Part shown: positions 53,597 through 63,065 of the stretch, piece by piece
How the letters are laid out: each line of letters opens with the position of its first letter
How positions within the stretch are numbered: position 1 is the first letter of the stretch
Assembly: GCA_019454185.1 (NCBI GenBank)
Contig: CP075368.1
Coordinates: forward strand, 1,899,649 to 1,963,648
Length of the DNA: 64,000 nucleotides
Direction: 5' to 3'
Origin: Phycisphaeraceae bacterium
Lineage (GTDB): Bacteria; Planctomycetota; Phycisphaerae; Phycisphaerales; UBA1924
Notes under the pieces: model-generated
Database searches by the model: none
Seen by the model: only the letters and a program-made list of their open reading frames with translations
What the model was told of the DNA's origin: nothing
Translations under genes and position numbers: made by a program

Positions 53597-54712
53597 GTGC
53601 GGACCCTGTGGACTATTGGGGGTGCGGTCGGCCCACTTTCACGGGCGGGCGTGTGCCGGGCCGATGGACAGCGACCCTTGCAGAGCGAATCACTGCCCAA
53701 GTCGATCCTGATCATCCGGCCGAGCGCGCTGGGGGATGTCTGCCGCTCGGTGCCGGTGCTGGCATCGTTGCGGAGCGCGTACCCGGAGGCGAGGATCGAC
53801 TGGCTGGTGCAGGACAGCTTTGCCGACGCGATCTCCGGGCACCCTGCGTTGTCGGGCGTGGTGCCGTTCGAGCGTGGGAGACTGGGCAAGGACCTGAAGA
53901 GCATCCGGCCGGCGAGCACGATCCGGTTTCTTCGCCGGCTGCGTGCTCAGCGGTACGACCTTGTGATCGATGCACAGGGGCTGTTTCGGAGTGGGATGCT
54001 TGCACTCGCGACGGGGGCTCGCCGACGCGTCGGCTACGCGAATGCCCAGGAACTCGGCTGGCTCGGGTACAACACGAGGCATCGCATCAGTCGTGAGATG
54101 CACGCGGTGGATCGGATGCTGGCGCTCGTCGAGCGAGCGGGCGTGAAACCGATCGCCGATATGCGCCTCTCCACGCTGCCGGCTTGGAGGGAGTGGGCAG
54201 CGCAAACGCTGGGAGCATCTCGCGCTGCGGTGCTCGCGCCGACCAGCCGATGGGCGGGGAAGCGGTGGCCGGCGGAGCGGTTCGCGGCACTGGCGGAGCG
54301 GATGCTCGCGATGGGGATTGAACGTGTCGCGATCGTCGGCGCAAGGTCCGAGCGCGAGCAGTGCGGCCCCCTGCTCGAGCTGGCGTCGCGGGATGAACGC
54401 GTGCTCGACCTGATCGGGAAGACAAGTGTCGGTGAGCTGATGGCCGTCGTTGAGCGGGCGGCGGTCGTCGTCGCGAACGATTCCGCGGCGATCCACATGG
54501 CGGTCGGCTTCGAGCGCCCGATGGTCGCGCTCTACGGGCCGACCTCGATCGCGCGGGTCGGGCCGTATCGGCGCGAAGGAGATGTGATCCAACACGTCCA
54601 GCCGGGGGAGGTCCTTGATCACAAGGACGATCTGGCCGGGCGAGAGATGATGGAGCGGATCTCCGTGGACGAGGTTGTCGAGCGCGTCCGGATCGTGCTC
54701 AAGACTGTCTGA
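53597..54712 (+). CDS. glycosyltransferase family 9 (heptosyltransferase-like)
   Basis: ILIIRPSALGDVCRSVPVLASLRSAYPEARIDWLV..., ...NDSAAIHMAVGFERPMVALYGPT. Start uncertain. Confidence 0.8.
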   Translation: MRTLWTIGGAVGPLSRAGVCRADGQRPLQSESLPKSILIIRPSALGDVCRSVPVLASLRSAYPEARIDWLVQDSFADAISGHPALSGVVPFERGRLGKDLKSIRPASTIRFLRRLRAQRYDLVIDAQGLFRSGMLALATGARRRVGYANAQELGWLGYNTRHRISREMHAVDRMLALVERAGVKPIADMRLSTLPAWREWAAQTLGASRAAVLAPTSRWAGKRWPAERFAALAERMLAMGIERVAIVGARSEREQCGPLLELASRDERVLDLIGKTSVGELMAVVERAAVVVANDSAAIHMAVGFERPMVALYGPTSIARVGPYRREGDVIQHVQPGEVLDHKDDLAGREMMERISVDEVVERVRIVLKTV

Positions 54713-54742
54713 GTATCACGAACCGGGGCTTAGCCGTTTGGC

Positions 54743-55933
54743 TCACCCGTTCTTCTTCGCAAAGTCGCGCATGAAGTCGGCGAGGGCCTTGCATCCTGCC
54801 TCGGGCATGGCGTTGTACATGCTGGCCCGCATGCCGCCGGCGGAGCGATGGCCCTTCATGCCGTCGAGCCCTGCGGCGGCCGACTCTTTGCAGAACTTGT
54901 CGTCCAGCTCTGGGGTCGGGGCCTTGAACGTGAGGTTCATGAGACTGCGGGCGTGTGGATGGGCGCATCCCTTCCAGAAGCCGCCGGAGGTGTCGATCGC
55001 GTCGTAGACAAGCCCGGCCTTCCTGATGTTCCGCTCGTGGATGACATCGAGGCAGTGGCGGTTGCCCTGGGCCTGGGCGAGGATCCACTTGAAGACGAGG
55101 CCGCAGACATAGATCGCAAAGACCGGGGGCGTGTTGGGGCGGCTCTCGTCCTTGGCGAAGGTCTCGTACCTGAGCATCCACGGAAGGTCGCGGACTTTCT
55201 TCGAGGCGAGATCGTCGCGGATGACGACGAGCGTGGTGCCGGCGGCTCCGAGATTCTTCTGTGCGCCTGCGTAGACAAGGCCGTACTTGGTGAAGTCGAC
55301 CGAGCGGCTGTAGATGTCGCTCGACATGTCGCAGACGAGGGGCACGCCCGCGGGGACATTGGGGATGCGTTCGCGCCAGGTGTTCTTGTCACCGGCGATC
55401 TCGTGCCACTCGGTGCCGAAGATTGTGTTGTTCGAGCACATGTGGACGTAGGCGGGCGAGGCGGAGTACTTGATCTGCTCGTCCGTCGGGATGTAGGAGT
55501 GGTTCTTGTCCTTGCTCGTGAAGGCCTCGTGCACGGGGCCGTAGACCCTGGCCTGCTCGAGACTCTTCTCGGCCCAGTAGCCGGTGGTGATGTAGTCGGC
55601 GGTCTGGTCCTGGGGCTTCAGGTTTGCGGGGACGAGGAAGTTCTGGCTCGTCGCGCCGCCGGTCATGAAGAGGACGTGGTAGTTGCTCGGAAGGTTGCTG
55701 ATCTTCCGGAAGTCTTCGAACGCTTCGGCGAGCACCCGGTCGTAGACCTTGGCGCGGTGCGAGTGTTCGAGGATGCCGATGCCGGAGCCCTTGATGTTGA
55801 ACACATCCTCCTGAATCTGGCGGAGGACGGGCTCGGGGAGGCAGCCGGGTCCTGCGGAGAAGTTGAAGATCCGCTCGCCGGAAGTCGTCTTGGTCACGGC
55901 CGGCGCGGTCCCGGCGGGGCTCATCGTGGTCAT
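54743..55933 (-). CDS. serC: phosphoserine aminotransferase
   Basis: FNFSAGPGCLPEPVL, GGATSQN, and the GAQKNLG PLP-lysine motif. ORF trimmed to the ATG at 55933. Confidence 0.93.
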   Translation of the reverse strand: MTTMSPAGTAPAVTKTTSGERIFNFSAGPGCLPEPVLRQIQEDVFNIKGSGIGILEHSHRAKVYDRVLAEAFEDFRKISNLPSNYHVLFMTGGATSQNFLVPANLKPQDQTADYITTGYWAEKSLEQARVYGPVHEAFTSKDKNHSYIPTDEQIKYSASPAYVHMCSNNTIFGTEWHEIAGDKNTWRERIPNVPAGVPLVCDMSSDIYSRSVDFTKYGLVYAGAQKNLGAAGTTLVVIRDDLASKKVRDLPWMLRYETFAKDESRPNTPPVFAIYVCGLVFKWILAQAQGNRHCLDVIHERNIRKAGLVYDAIDTSGGFWKGCAHPHARSLMNLTFKAPTPELDDKFCKESAAAGLDGMKGHRSAGGMRASMYNAMPEAGCKALADFMRDFAKKNG

Positions 55934-56027
55934 GGCATCGTTCCTGAACAGAGGATCTGCGTTGAGTGGAGGTATGAGTGGTGGATTGTACGCCCCGATC
56001 GATCTCTGCCGGGTCCTGGAGCGGGGC

Positions 56028-57011
56028 TCAGTTGACGCGATTCTCGATCGAGCCGGCTTCTTTGAGGACTCGGACGATTCGGACGACCTCTTCCGCGACA
56101 GCGTTCTGGGCCTGCTCGGTCCCCGCACCGCTGTGATGGGTGATCGAGACGCCGCTCAGTTTCGCGGTCTGGCAGGTCCATGCCCCCTGCGGCTCCGCGG
56201 GCTGATTCTCGAATACATCGAGCCCTGCACGGATCCCCTTTGAGACCATCGCCTCGCGGAGAGCCGCCTCGTCGATGACGCTCCCTCGGGATGTGTTGAT
56301 GAGGTACGCGCCGGGCTTCATCTTCGAGAGAAAGTCACGCCCGATCAGGTGCTTGGTGTCGGATGCGCCGGGGAGATGGATCGAGATGGCGTCGCAGACA
56401 GAGGCCAGCGTATGGAGGGCGGGCGTGTCGTTGCCCCCCCACTCTGCGCCGAGATCCTTCGCGTGATCCTTGGTGATGGAGCGGCTCCACGCGATCACGC
56501 GCATCTCAAAGGCGAGGGCACGCTTGATGACCGCGCGTCCGATCGCGCCGCATCCGACGACGCCGAGCGTTGAACCCTTCAGTCCCCGCGCACCGCCGAG
56601 ACCGGTGCGCCCGAACTCTTTCTTGTCCCACTTTCCCTCGCGTGCGGCGATGGTCTGCTCGGGGATGCGTCGGTCGAGGTTGATCAGGTGCCCGATCGCG
56701 AGCTCGGCGACGGCGACGGCGTTCATGCCTGGGCAGTTCGCGACCGCGATACCGGCCTTGGATGCGGCGTTGAGATCGATGTTGTCGTAGCCCGCGCCCG
56801 CCCGAATGATGAGGCGGACGCCCCTCATGCCCTCGATGGACTGGGCCGTGACCTTCTTCGAGCGCACGACGAGCACCTCGGCGCGGGCATCGTTGACGAC
56901 GGCGGCGAGCCCGTCCGAGGGAGTCTCGGGGACGTTGGAGACCTTGCACCCGGCTGCTGCGAGCCCATCCAGGCCGACCCTCTCGAACTTGTCAGCGACC
57001 ACGACGTTCAT
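56028..57011 (-). CDS. serA: D-3-phosphoglycerate dehydrogenase (short form, no ACT domain)
   Basis: D-2-hydroxyacid dehydrogenase fold (GVVGCGAIGRAV, INTSRGSVIDEAAL). Lies 94 nt upstream of serC. Confidence 0.8.
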   Translation of the reverse strand: MNVVVADKFERVGLDGLAAAGCKVSNVPETPSDGLAAVVNDARAEVLVVRSKKVTAQSIEGMRGVRLIIRAGAGYDNIDLNAASKAGIAVANCPGMNAVAVAELAIGHLINLDRRIPEQTIAAREGKWDKKEFGRTGLGGARGLKGSTLGVVGCGAIGRAVIKRALAFEMRVIAWSRSITKDHAKDLGAEWGGNDTPALHTLASVCDAISIHLPGASDTKHLIGRDFLSKMKPGAYLINTSRGSVIDEAALREAMVSKGIRAGLDVFENQPAEPQGAWTCQTAKLSGVSITHHSGAGTEQAQNAVAEEVVRIVRVLKEAGSIENRVN

Positions 57012-57093
57012 TGTGGGGCTCCTACGCGCTTGGGGACGTCACGATTCTACCGCGTGCTGGTTTGAGCGCCGCCTATCGCCCCGGCGCCAAGCG

Positions 57094-57126
57094 AAAAGGA
57101 CCCCCGGGGTCTCCGGGGGTCCTTTG
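57094..57126 (-). terminator. intrinsic terminator after the DUF1559 gene
   Basis: GGACCCCCGG-ggtct-CCGGGGGTCC, a perfect 10-bp stem followed by UUUUCGC on the minus strand. Confidence 0.65.
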
Positions 57127-57154
57127 CGGGAATCAAGTCATGCGATGGAAACGA

Positions 57155-58225
57155 TCAGTCGAAGGACTGGCCGGTGAAGACCTCGCGGCCACCGTAATCA
57201 ATGCCCTTGAGGCCGCCTCGGGTCCACTTCATGTAGCCCTTGATGTTCGTGTCGGTGAGCGCGCCGTTGCGGGTCGGGGGCTCCCACTGGTTGCGCGGGT
57301 AGAGGGCGCGGGAGAATGAGTACCAAGTGATCGCGGAGGACTTGGTCATCGGACTCCACGGGTCCCAGCCGGCGTTGGAGTCGCCGCTCTGACGGACCGA
57401 GGAAGAGGCGTCGAACATGAGGACGGGGATGCGTGCATCGTCGTAGGCGTAGTAGCGGGGAATCTTCTTGTAGCGGTCAACCGATTCATGCATGAAGGCC
57501 TTGCCGGAGGGGAAGGTGACGTCGGACGCGCGGGTGGCGTCGAGGTCGGCGGTTCCGGGCACAATATAGGCGTTGTGTGAAGACGAATACTTGATGCGAC
57601 GCGTCACGGAGGGCCCGCTGGTGGCGCGGATGTTCGAGCTCTGGCCACGGTCGTAGAGCGCGACGACGGTGTCGTACGAGCAGGAGTATGGCCAGCGCAG
57701 CTCACTGCTATCGAGCGTGCCTGATCCGGCGGAGGCGGCGGGGCTCGGCGTGTAGAAGCCGAACTCGCGCCAGTTCTGCCACGCGTTGCGATGGACATCG
57801 CTGGGGCTGACGACCAGTTTTTCGGGGAGACGCGAGGCGAGATAGTCCTGCAGCACGAGGTGGGAGTAGAGGACGTGGGGAATCCAGCCGGAGATGCGGG
57901 TGAGGTTGCGGCCGCCACGCTCGTTGATGATGGAGACGGCCTGATCCGCCGCGGCTTGCAGGAGCGAACCGGAAGCACCGAAGGGGTTCTCCGGCTGATC
58001 GACGCGCCATGAGAACGTCGGGTTCTTGTCCGCGTAGTCGGTCGCGTACGAGTTGGACGCGACGCCGAGCTGGCGCTGGTTGTTGAGATCGATGGAGAGT
58101 CGGGCGGCCTTTCTGGCCTCGCCGAGCGCGGGGAGAAGGATGCCGATGAGCAGGGCGATGATCGCGATCACCACCAACAGCTCGATCAGCGTGAATGCAC
58201 GCCTGTTCATCGTCTTTGACTCCAT
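57155..58225 (-). CDS. DUF1559-type protein with prepilin-like N-terminus
   Basis: [43 protein letters not shown]..., a Planctomycetes-typical architecture. Confidence 0.85.
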   Translation of the reverse strand: MESKTMNRRAFTLIELLVVIAIIALLIGILLPALGEARKAARLSIDLNNQRQLGVASNSYATDYADKNPTFSWRVDQPENPFGASGSLLQAAADQAVSIINERGGRNLTRISGWIPHVLYSHLVLQDYLASRLPEKLVVSPSDVHRNAWQNWREFGFYTPSPAASAGSGTLDSSELRWPYSCSYDTVVALYDRGQSSNIRATSGPSVTRRIKYSSSHNAYIVPGTADLDATRASDVTFPSGKAFMHESVDRYKKIPRYYAYDDARIPVLMFDASSSVRQSGDSNAGWDPWSPMTKSSAITWYSFSRALYPRNQWEPPTRNGALTDTNIKGYMKWTRGGLKGIDYGGREVFTGQSFD

Positions 58226-58421
58226 TGTCGGACCTCCGCGTGTTGTGCGACGCGATCACTTCCGCCTGGTTCAACCTACAGGGGTTGAAACCCTAGTCTA
58301 GCAGAATCCACATACAGATTGCAAGAAGAAAGAACAACGGACGTTGACCAAACTTTTTACGAACAATAAAGCCCCGTGCTCGGGCATTCAGGACCTCTCG
58401 GAGGCGCTCAGGCGGGGGCCA

Positions 58422-58928
58422 TTATCTCTGCTCCCGGGATGGGATTCTTGCCATGGTCGGGATCTCTCTCACTTCGCCGAGTCCCATGTACTGCCGGTCT
58501 TGCTCGACGTTGAAGGAGGCGTTGCATGTCTTGCATGCCACGTCGTCGACGCGGGCTGCGGCAGCGCAGGCGTGGCAGACGCCGAGGATGTGGGCGATGC
58601 CGGGGACACGCTTTGCGATCTCCCAGAACTGTCGCGTACTCGGGCCGCGGACGATGGTTGCGGGGGTGATCTTCCCCCGGAGGGCCATGGCCTTCATGAC
58701 TGCGTATGAGCAACCCGGTCGGAAGGGGTGTTCGATATCTCTGATGAACCACGGCCCCATGTGGTTCTGTGTGGCCTGACGGGAGAGCGGATCGAAGAGC
58801 CCGGCGCAGGTCTCGCAACGATCGTGTCGCAGGGAGGATGTGCCGCAGTAGGGGCAGAGGACGGGCCGGCGTTCGTCCATCTCATGGCCACCGTCGATGC
58901 CTTTGAAGCGTTCCGATCCATTGTGCAT
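58422..58928 (-). CDS. zinc-ribbon + GYF_2-like domain protein
   Basis: CPYCG...CETC and CHAC...CKTC pairs flank GPWFIRD...SYAVMKAMALRGKITPATIVRGPSTRQFWEIAKRVPG. Confidence 0.5.
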   Translation of the reverse strand: MHNGSERFKGIDGGHEMDERRPVLCPYCGTSSLRHDRCETCAGLFDPLSRQATQNHMGPWFIRDIEHPFRPGCSYAVMKAMALRGKITPATIVRGPSTRQFWEIAKRVPGIAHILGVCHACAAAARVDDVACKTCNASFNVEQDRQYMGLGEVREIPTMARIPSREQR

Positions 58929-58957
58929 ATGTGGATGCTACACGATGAACCGTCTGC

Positions 58958-60091
58958 GTGGGGATGGGCAAGTTCCCTACCCTGAGAGCCATGAGGAAGC
59001 CAAGTGCATCTGGTCCATGTGCCACCCGGATCCGTGCGCCTCGATGGCGTATGCGTCTGGCGACGATGGGCGCGGTCTGTATCGGCTGGATGTTTGCGTG
59101 TGGCTGTGCTGATTCCGGGGCGTCGAGCGACGCTCTGGGGCGTGAGGGGGCGGGGCTTCGCGCTTCGGAGCGGACCGTGCAGGTCTCCCGCCCGGGCGAG
59201 ACGAGACAGCAGCCGCAGCAGGGAGGATCGGCAGTGCCTGCGGCGGTGCTCGGGAGCGAGACGTACACGATCGCCCAGATCGCGCCGTATCTTGCGGAGG
59301 CGTTCGGCGGGCTTGTCATTGAGGAGATCCTGATCACGCGAACCGCGGAGGCGGAGTTGGCGCGGATGGGACGCTCTCTGACTGCGGCGGACCTTGAACG
59401 CGAGCGTGCGGAGTTGGCCGATGCGCTGGATGTCGGGAGGAGCGGTGTCAACCCGGAGCAGGCGATCGATTCCGTGAGGCGGGCGCGGGGGCTCGGGCCG
59501 GAGCGATTCGGGCTGCTCGTGCGCCGGACCGCGGCCCTGCGGAAACTCGTGAGCGATGAGGTGAGCGTGACGGATGATGAGATCCGCCTGGCGCACGCCG
59601 TTCGATACGGGCAGAAGCGACGGGTTCGGATGTTCATGGCGGCGACTGAGCGCGAAGCGGCGGCTGCGCTCGCGGAGTTGCGGGGTCTTGACGGGGTGTC
59701 GCGTCGAGCCAGGTTCATCCAGATGGCCATGGACCGTTCGATCGATGCCTCGGGCGCGGCGGGGGGTCTGATCGAGCCGATCTCCGTGGCTGACCCGGCG
59801 TACCCGCTCTCGGTTCGTACCACGATCGGCTCGCTGCAGGCGGGTGAGATCAGCCCTGTGATCGCCCTGAATCCCAACTACGCGATTGTGCTCGTAGAAG
59901 AGGTGATCCCGGATCAGGGAGTCTCGATCGAGGCGGTGAGACAGTCGCTGGCATCGGACCTGCGGCGTCGGCAGGAGCGGCTGCTGATGGAGCGGAAGGC
60001 CAGGGCGATTCTGGAGACATCGAGCGTGACGATCATTGACCCATCGCTGCAATGGTCGTGGCGGAGCCGCGAGAGCCGCAGGGAGCAGTGA
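58958..60091 (+). CDS. SurA/PrsA-like parvulin-type peptidyl-prolyl isomerase, probable lipoprotein
   Basis: Parvulin-like segment VRMFMAATEREAAAALAELRG...GGLIEPISVADPAYPLSVR...GEISPVIALNPNYAIVLVEEV. The more likely start is the ATG at 59051 (MRLATMGAVCIGWMFACGC). Confidence 0.6.
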   Translation: MGMGKFPTLRAMRKPSASGPCATRIRAPRWRMRLATMGAVCIGWMFACGCADSGASSDALGREGAGLRASERTVQVSRPGETRQQPQQGGSAVPAAVLGSETYTIAQIAPYLAEAFGGLVIEEILITRTAEAELARMGRSLTAADLERERAELADALDVGRSGVNPEQAIDSVRRARGLGPERFGLLVRRTAALRKLVSDEVSVTDDEIRLAHAVRYGQKRRVRMFMAATEREAAAALAELRGLDGVSRRARFIQMAMDRSIDASGAAGGLIEPISVADPAYPLSVRTTIGSLQAGEISPVIALNPNYAIVLVEEVIPDQGVSIEAVRQSLASDLRRRQERLLMERKARAILETSSVTIIDPSLQWSWRSRESRREQ

Positions 60092-60169
60092 GACGGCGGT
60101 CCCGCTGGGGCTTGGGGATGCTCTGCCCGGGTTGCTCCGGGTGCCGCGGGTTCGGGCTATGCTGTCGGC

Positions 60170-60739
60170 ATGGAGACTTCCTTTCGATCGCTGCGATTTC
60201 ATGGTTGCTGCGCCGCATCGGCTCTGTGCGTTGCATCCGGGTGTGTCCAGTCGAACCACAGGTTGACGATCGGGGATGAGGTCGCGTTGGCGGCGTTCAC
60301 TGAGCGCGAGCCGACGTCGGCCGAGGATCGAGGTGTGCCGACGCTGCGGACGGTCACGCGCGAGGAGTGGAGCACCGTCGAGTTCCGGGTTCCTTCGGAC
60401 GGTGTGGGCCACCGCCCGAACTATCGCACGCATTGGCTGACGGATCGGACGCTCGCACGCGCGAGGGGCGAGCACCCGACGGCGACGACCGCATTCGAGC
60501 TCGGGCAATCCGGGAGTTCGTCGCAGATCCAGGAGGCGCTGATCGCGCCGTTCAACCAGATCTTTGATGCGGCCACGATGCCAGTGATGCTGCTTGTTGA
60601 GCCCCAGACCGCGGAGTTGCGGAGCCCATACCGGCGTTTCGAGAGGTCGCCGAGCACGTCGATGCTGGCATCCGAGGCGTGTGCGGTGTGCGTCAATGCC
60701 TGCACGGCTGAGGCGTGTCCGAAGGGTGAAGCACGATGA
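60170..60739 (+). CDS. putative lipoprotein, unknown function
   Basis: Signal peptide with lipobox CVASGC. The stop overlaps the next start (ATGA). Confidence 0.5.
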   Translation: METSFRSLRFHGCCAASALCVASGCVQSNHRLTIGDEVALAAFTEREPTSAEDRGVPTLRTVTREEWSTVEFRVPSDGVGHRPNYRTHWLTDRTLARARGEHPTATTAFELGQSGSSSQIQEALIAPFNQIFDAATMPVMLLVEPQTAELRSPYRRFERSPSTSMLASEACAVCVNACTAEACPKGEAR

Positions 60740-61143
60740 GCGGTGCGGCTCGCGATCTTCCCGAGGGGTATCCGTTTCAGCCGGGGCTGGAGATCACTCC
60801 ACGCGAGACAGCGGAGTTGATGCGAACTCGCCCTGGTGAGCTGCTCGTGATTGACTGCCGCGAGAGGGCGGAGTGGGAGACGGCGCGGATCGAGGGGACG
60901 GTGCTGATTCCGCTTGGCGAGATTCAGGATCGGATCGACGAGATCGAGGGTCTGGGGAAGCCGACGGTCGCGGTGGTGTGCCATCACGGCCGGCGATCGA
61001 TGAAGGCGGCCCTGCTGCTTCGGCAGATGGGGATCGACGGCGCGCTCTCTGTCGCGGGCGGGATCGACTGGTGGTCCCGTTCGGTGGATGGCACGATCCC
61101 TCGCTATACGAAGGACGCGAGCGGGTGCCGGGTTGTAGGGTGA
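60736..61143 (+). CDS. rhodanese-like sulfurtransferase domain protein
   Basis: Active-site loop VVCHHGRRS and ...VIDCRERAEWETARIEGTVLIPLGE. Confidence 0.85.
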   Translation: MSGAARDLPEGYPFQPGLEITPRETAELMRTRPGELLVIDCRERAEWETARIEGTVLIPLGEIQDRIDEIEGLGKPTVAVVCHHGRRSMKAALLLRQMGIDGALSVAGGIDWWSRSVDGTIPRYTKDASGCRVVG

Positions 61144-61296
61144 TGCGGGTTCGCTGGATTGCGGGCGGATTGTGCGTGTGCCTCGCGGGCTGACCCGTTT
61201 CGGATACGCGCGTCGCGGACTGCGCTGTGCGGCGATGATGAGCGACGATGGCCCGCGCCCGAGAGCGGACAAGGCCGTTGGTGCATATGTGTGAGT

Positions 61297-61332
61297 GAAA
61301 AAGACAGCCCCCGTGCCGGAGCACGGGGGCTG
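61297..61332 (-). terminator. intrinsic terminator after the dockerin-protein gene (usable in both directions)
   Basis: CAGCCCCCGTGC-cgga-GCACGGGGGCTG, a perfect 12-bp stem followed by UCUUUUU on the minus strand. Confidence 0.75.
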
Positions 61333-61392
61333 TTGTGCTGATCAGTTCTGCCGCTTGACCCGCCCGAGGACAGATCGAGCGTGCATCAACTC

Positions 61393-62565
61393 TTACGAGC
61401 ACTGACCGAAGATGTCGAAGAATCCGAGGAAGTCCTGGATATCGACAAAGTTGTCGGGGTTGTAGCGGTCAACGTCAAAGAGCGCGTCGGAGCAGGGCGC
61501 GGTCTGGAACTCGCAGGGGCCGTAGTCGCCGAAGAAGTCCAGGAAGTCCTGGATGTCGACCTCGGTGTCGCCGTTGTAGTCAGCGGCGTCACAGGGGTTG
61601 CCACCGCCGCCAGCGGTGCCGTACATGGTCATCATGAAGGACGCGTAGGGGTTGGTCGGCCAGCCGCCGAACCAGTAGTTGCCGAAGCGGCCGGTGCGGG
61701 GAGCAGCGGTGTTCGGGTTGGTGGGCGTGGTCCACCAGGTGAAGACGTCGCGGACGCCGTCGGCATTGCCGCCGCCGCCGGTCGGGAAGTCGTCATCCTC
61801 GATGATGTCGGCGGAAGCCGGGAGGACGAGGTACGGGCCGGTGGTGCCCTTGGACTGGGTCTGGCCCTGGATGAAGGTGTAGCCCCAACCGAAGTCGGCC
61901 TTGGGGTTGCCGTCGGTGTCGTCAAGATCGCAGCCCTGGTTGGGGCCGTTGATCTGGAACGCGCCGGAGGCAGAGCCGTCGTTATCGCCGATCTCGAAGA
62001 AGTAGCCCTGCGTGGTGGGCTCGAAGTCGAAGGTGAAGGTCCAGCCGGTGAAGCCGGTGGAGAAGTAGGCGCCCGGCGCGCTGCTGAGCGCGAGGCCAGC
62101 GGCGGGAACCGCGACTTCGGAAGCGGCGAGGCCGCCGTCGCAGTCGTAGTACCACTGGATCAGCGTGAAGCCGGGGAGAGAGGAGACCGGAGCAATCTCG
62201 CGGGCGGCGTTGGTGGCGTAGCCGAGGCCGATGCCATCGACGACGGTGTTGAAGGGGATATCGCCCCAGTCGCCGGCCTCAGAGCCGAGCGCCGGGATCG
62301 TTGGGGCGCGGGTGGGGTTGTCCATACCGAAGAAGAAGTTGCCGTTGGCGGCATTATCCTGGTTGACGAAAATGCCATCGCCGAAGCGCTGGGAACCACC
62401 GGCGGGGGCGCCGAGGGTGACAACACGCTCGCCCGTGCGCATGTTGACATACACATGGCCGGCGTGACGGAAATTGAGAGCCTCAGCGAGCTGGGGCTCG
62501 GACGCAAACGCCGTGCAGGCAGCACCCGCCGCCACGGCAACCATCATGCAGCTCTTCGCCTTCAT
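61393..62565 (-). CDS. secreted protein with two C-terminal GC-type dockerin-like repeats
   Basis: The ATG at 62565 is preceded by AGGAG. Signal peptide MKAKSCMMVAVAAGAACTAFA. C-terminus: DYNGDTEVDIQDFLDFFGDYGPC and RYNPDNFVDIQDFLGFFDIFGQCS. Confidence 0.7.
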   Translation of the reverse strand: MKAKSCMMVAVAAGAACTAFASEPQLAEALNFRHAGHVYVNMRTGERVVTLGAPAGGSQRFGDGIFVNQDNAANGNFFFGMDNPTRAPTIPALGSEAGDWGDIPFNTVVDGIGLGYATNAAREIAPVSSLPGFTLIQWYYDCDGGLAASEVAVPAAGLALSSAPGAYFSTGFTGWTFTFDFEPTTQGYFFEIGDNDGSASGAFQINGPNQGCDLDDTDGNPKADFGWGYTFIQGQTQSKGTTGPYLVLPASADIIEDDDFPTGGGGNADGVRDVFTWWTTPTNPNTAAPRTGRFGNYWFGGWPTNPYASFMMTMYGTAGGGGNPCDAADYNGDTEVDIQDFLDFFGDYGPCEFQTAPCSDALFDVDRYNPDNFVDIQDFLGFFDIFGQCS

Positions 62566-63065
62566 TGAACACTCCTCTTGAAATAAACCACGACACGGAA
62601 CGGCCGTTTCTGGGCCACAAGGAAACACGAAAAGAGCGGGTCAGGAAAGTGCTCTCTCGTTGAACGCAGAACATGGACGCGACGACGCAGACTGATACGC
62701 CTCGCTTGTGAACAGATCGAGATTCGCGATCGACCTCCGTCAACTCCAACCAGCCGACACGAGGCGGCTCAGCCGCGTTCGCGCCATTCCTCCAACAATT
62801 CGCCATCGAGCGAGTGGGACTCGCACGAGGAGCATCTCTCTTCAGCCGCGGAGCGGCGTGTCGGACCGAGGCCTTCACCCCGGATGGTGACACTGCACCG
62901 AATATACCGGAGCGTTTTGTGGATGCAAGGGTCTACGGCGGTTCTGCGCAAAATTCCGACAAAGGAACACATATAGGGCCGGCGTAGTGGAACCGATTCG
63001 ACGATCCGAAACCGAACACAAGGGCATGCCTGACAGATGTTTGGGTATCGAGCAAAGGATCGGAA

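Noticed and set aside
58362-58385. Terminator after the zinc-ribbon/GYF gene (GCCC-N7-GGGC followed by UUUAUUGUU on the minus strand).
   Set aside because: The stem is only 4 bp, so it is too weak to annotate as a feature.
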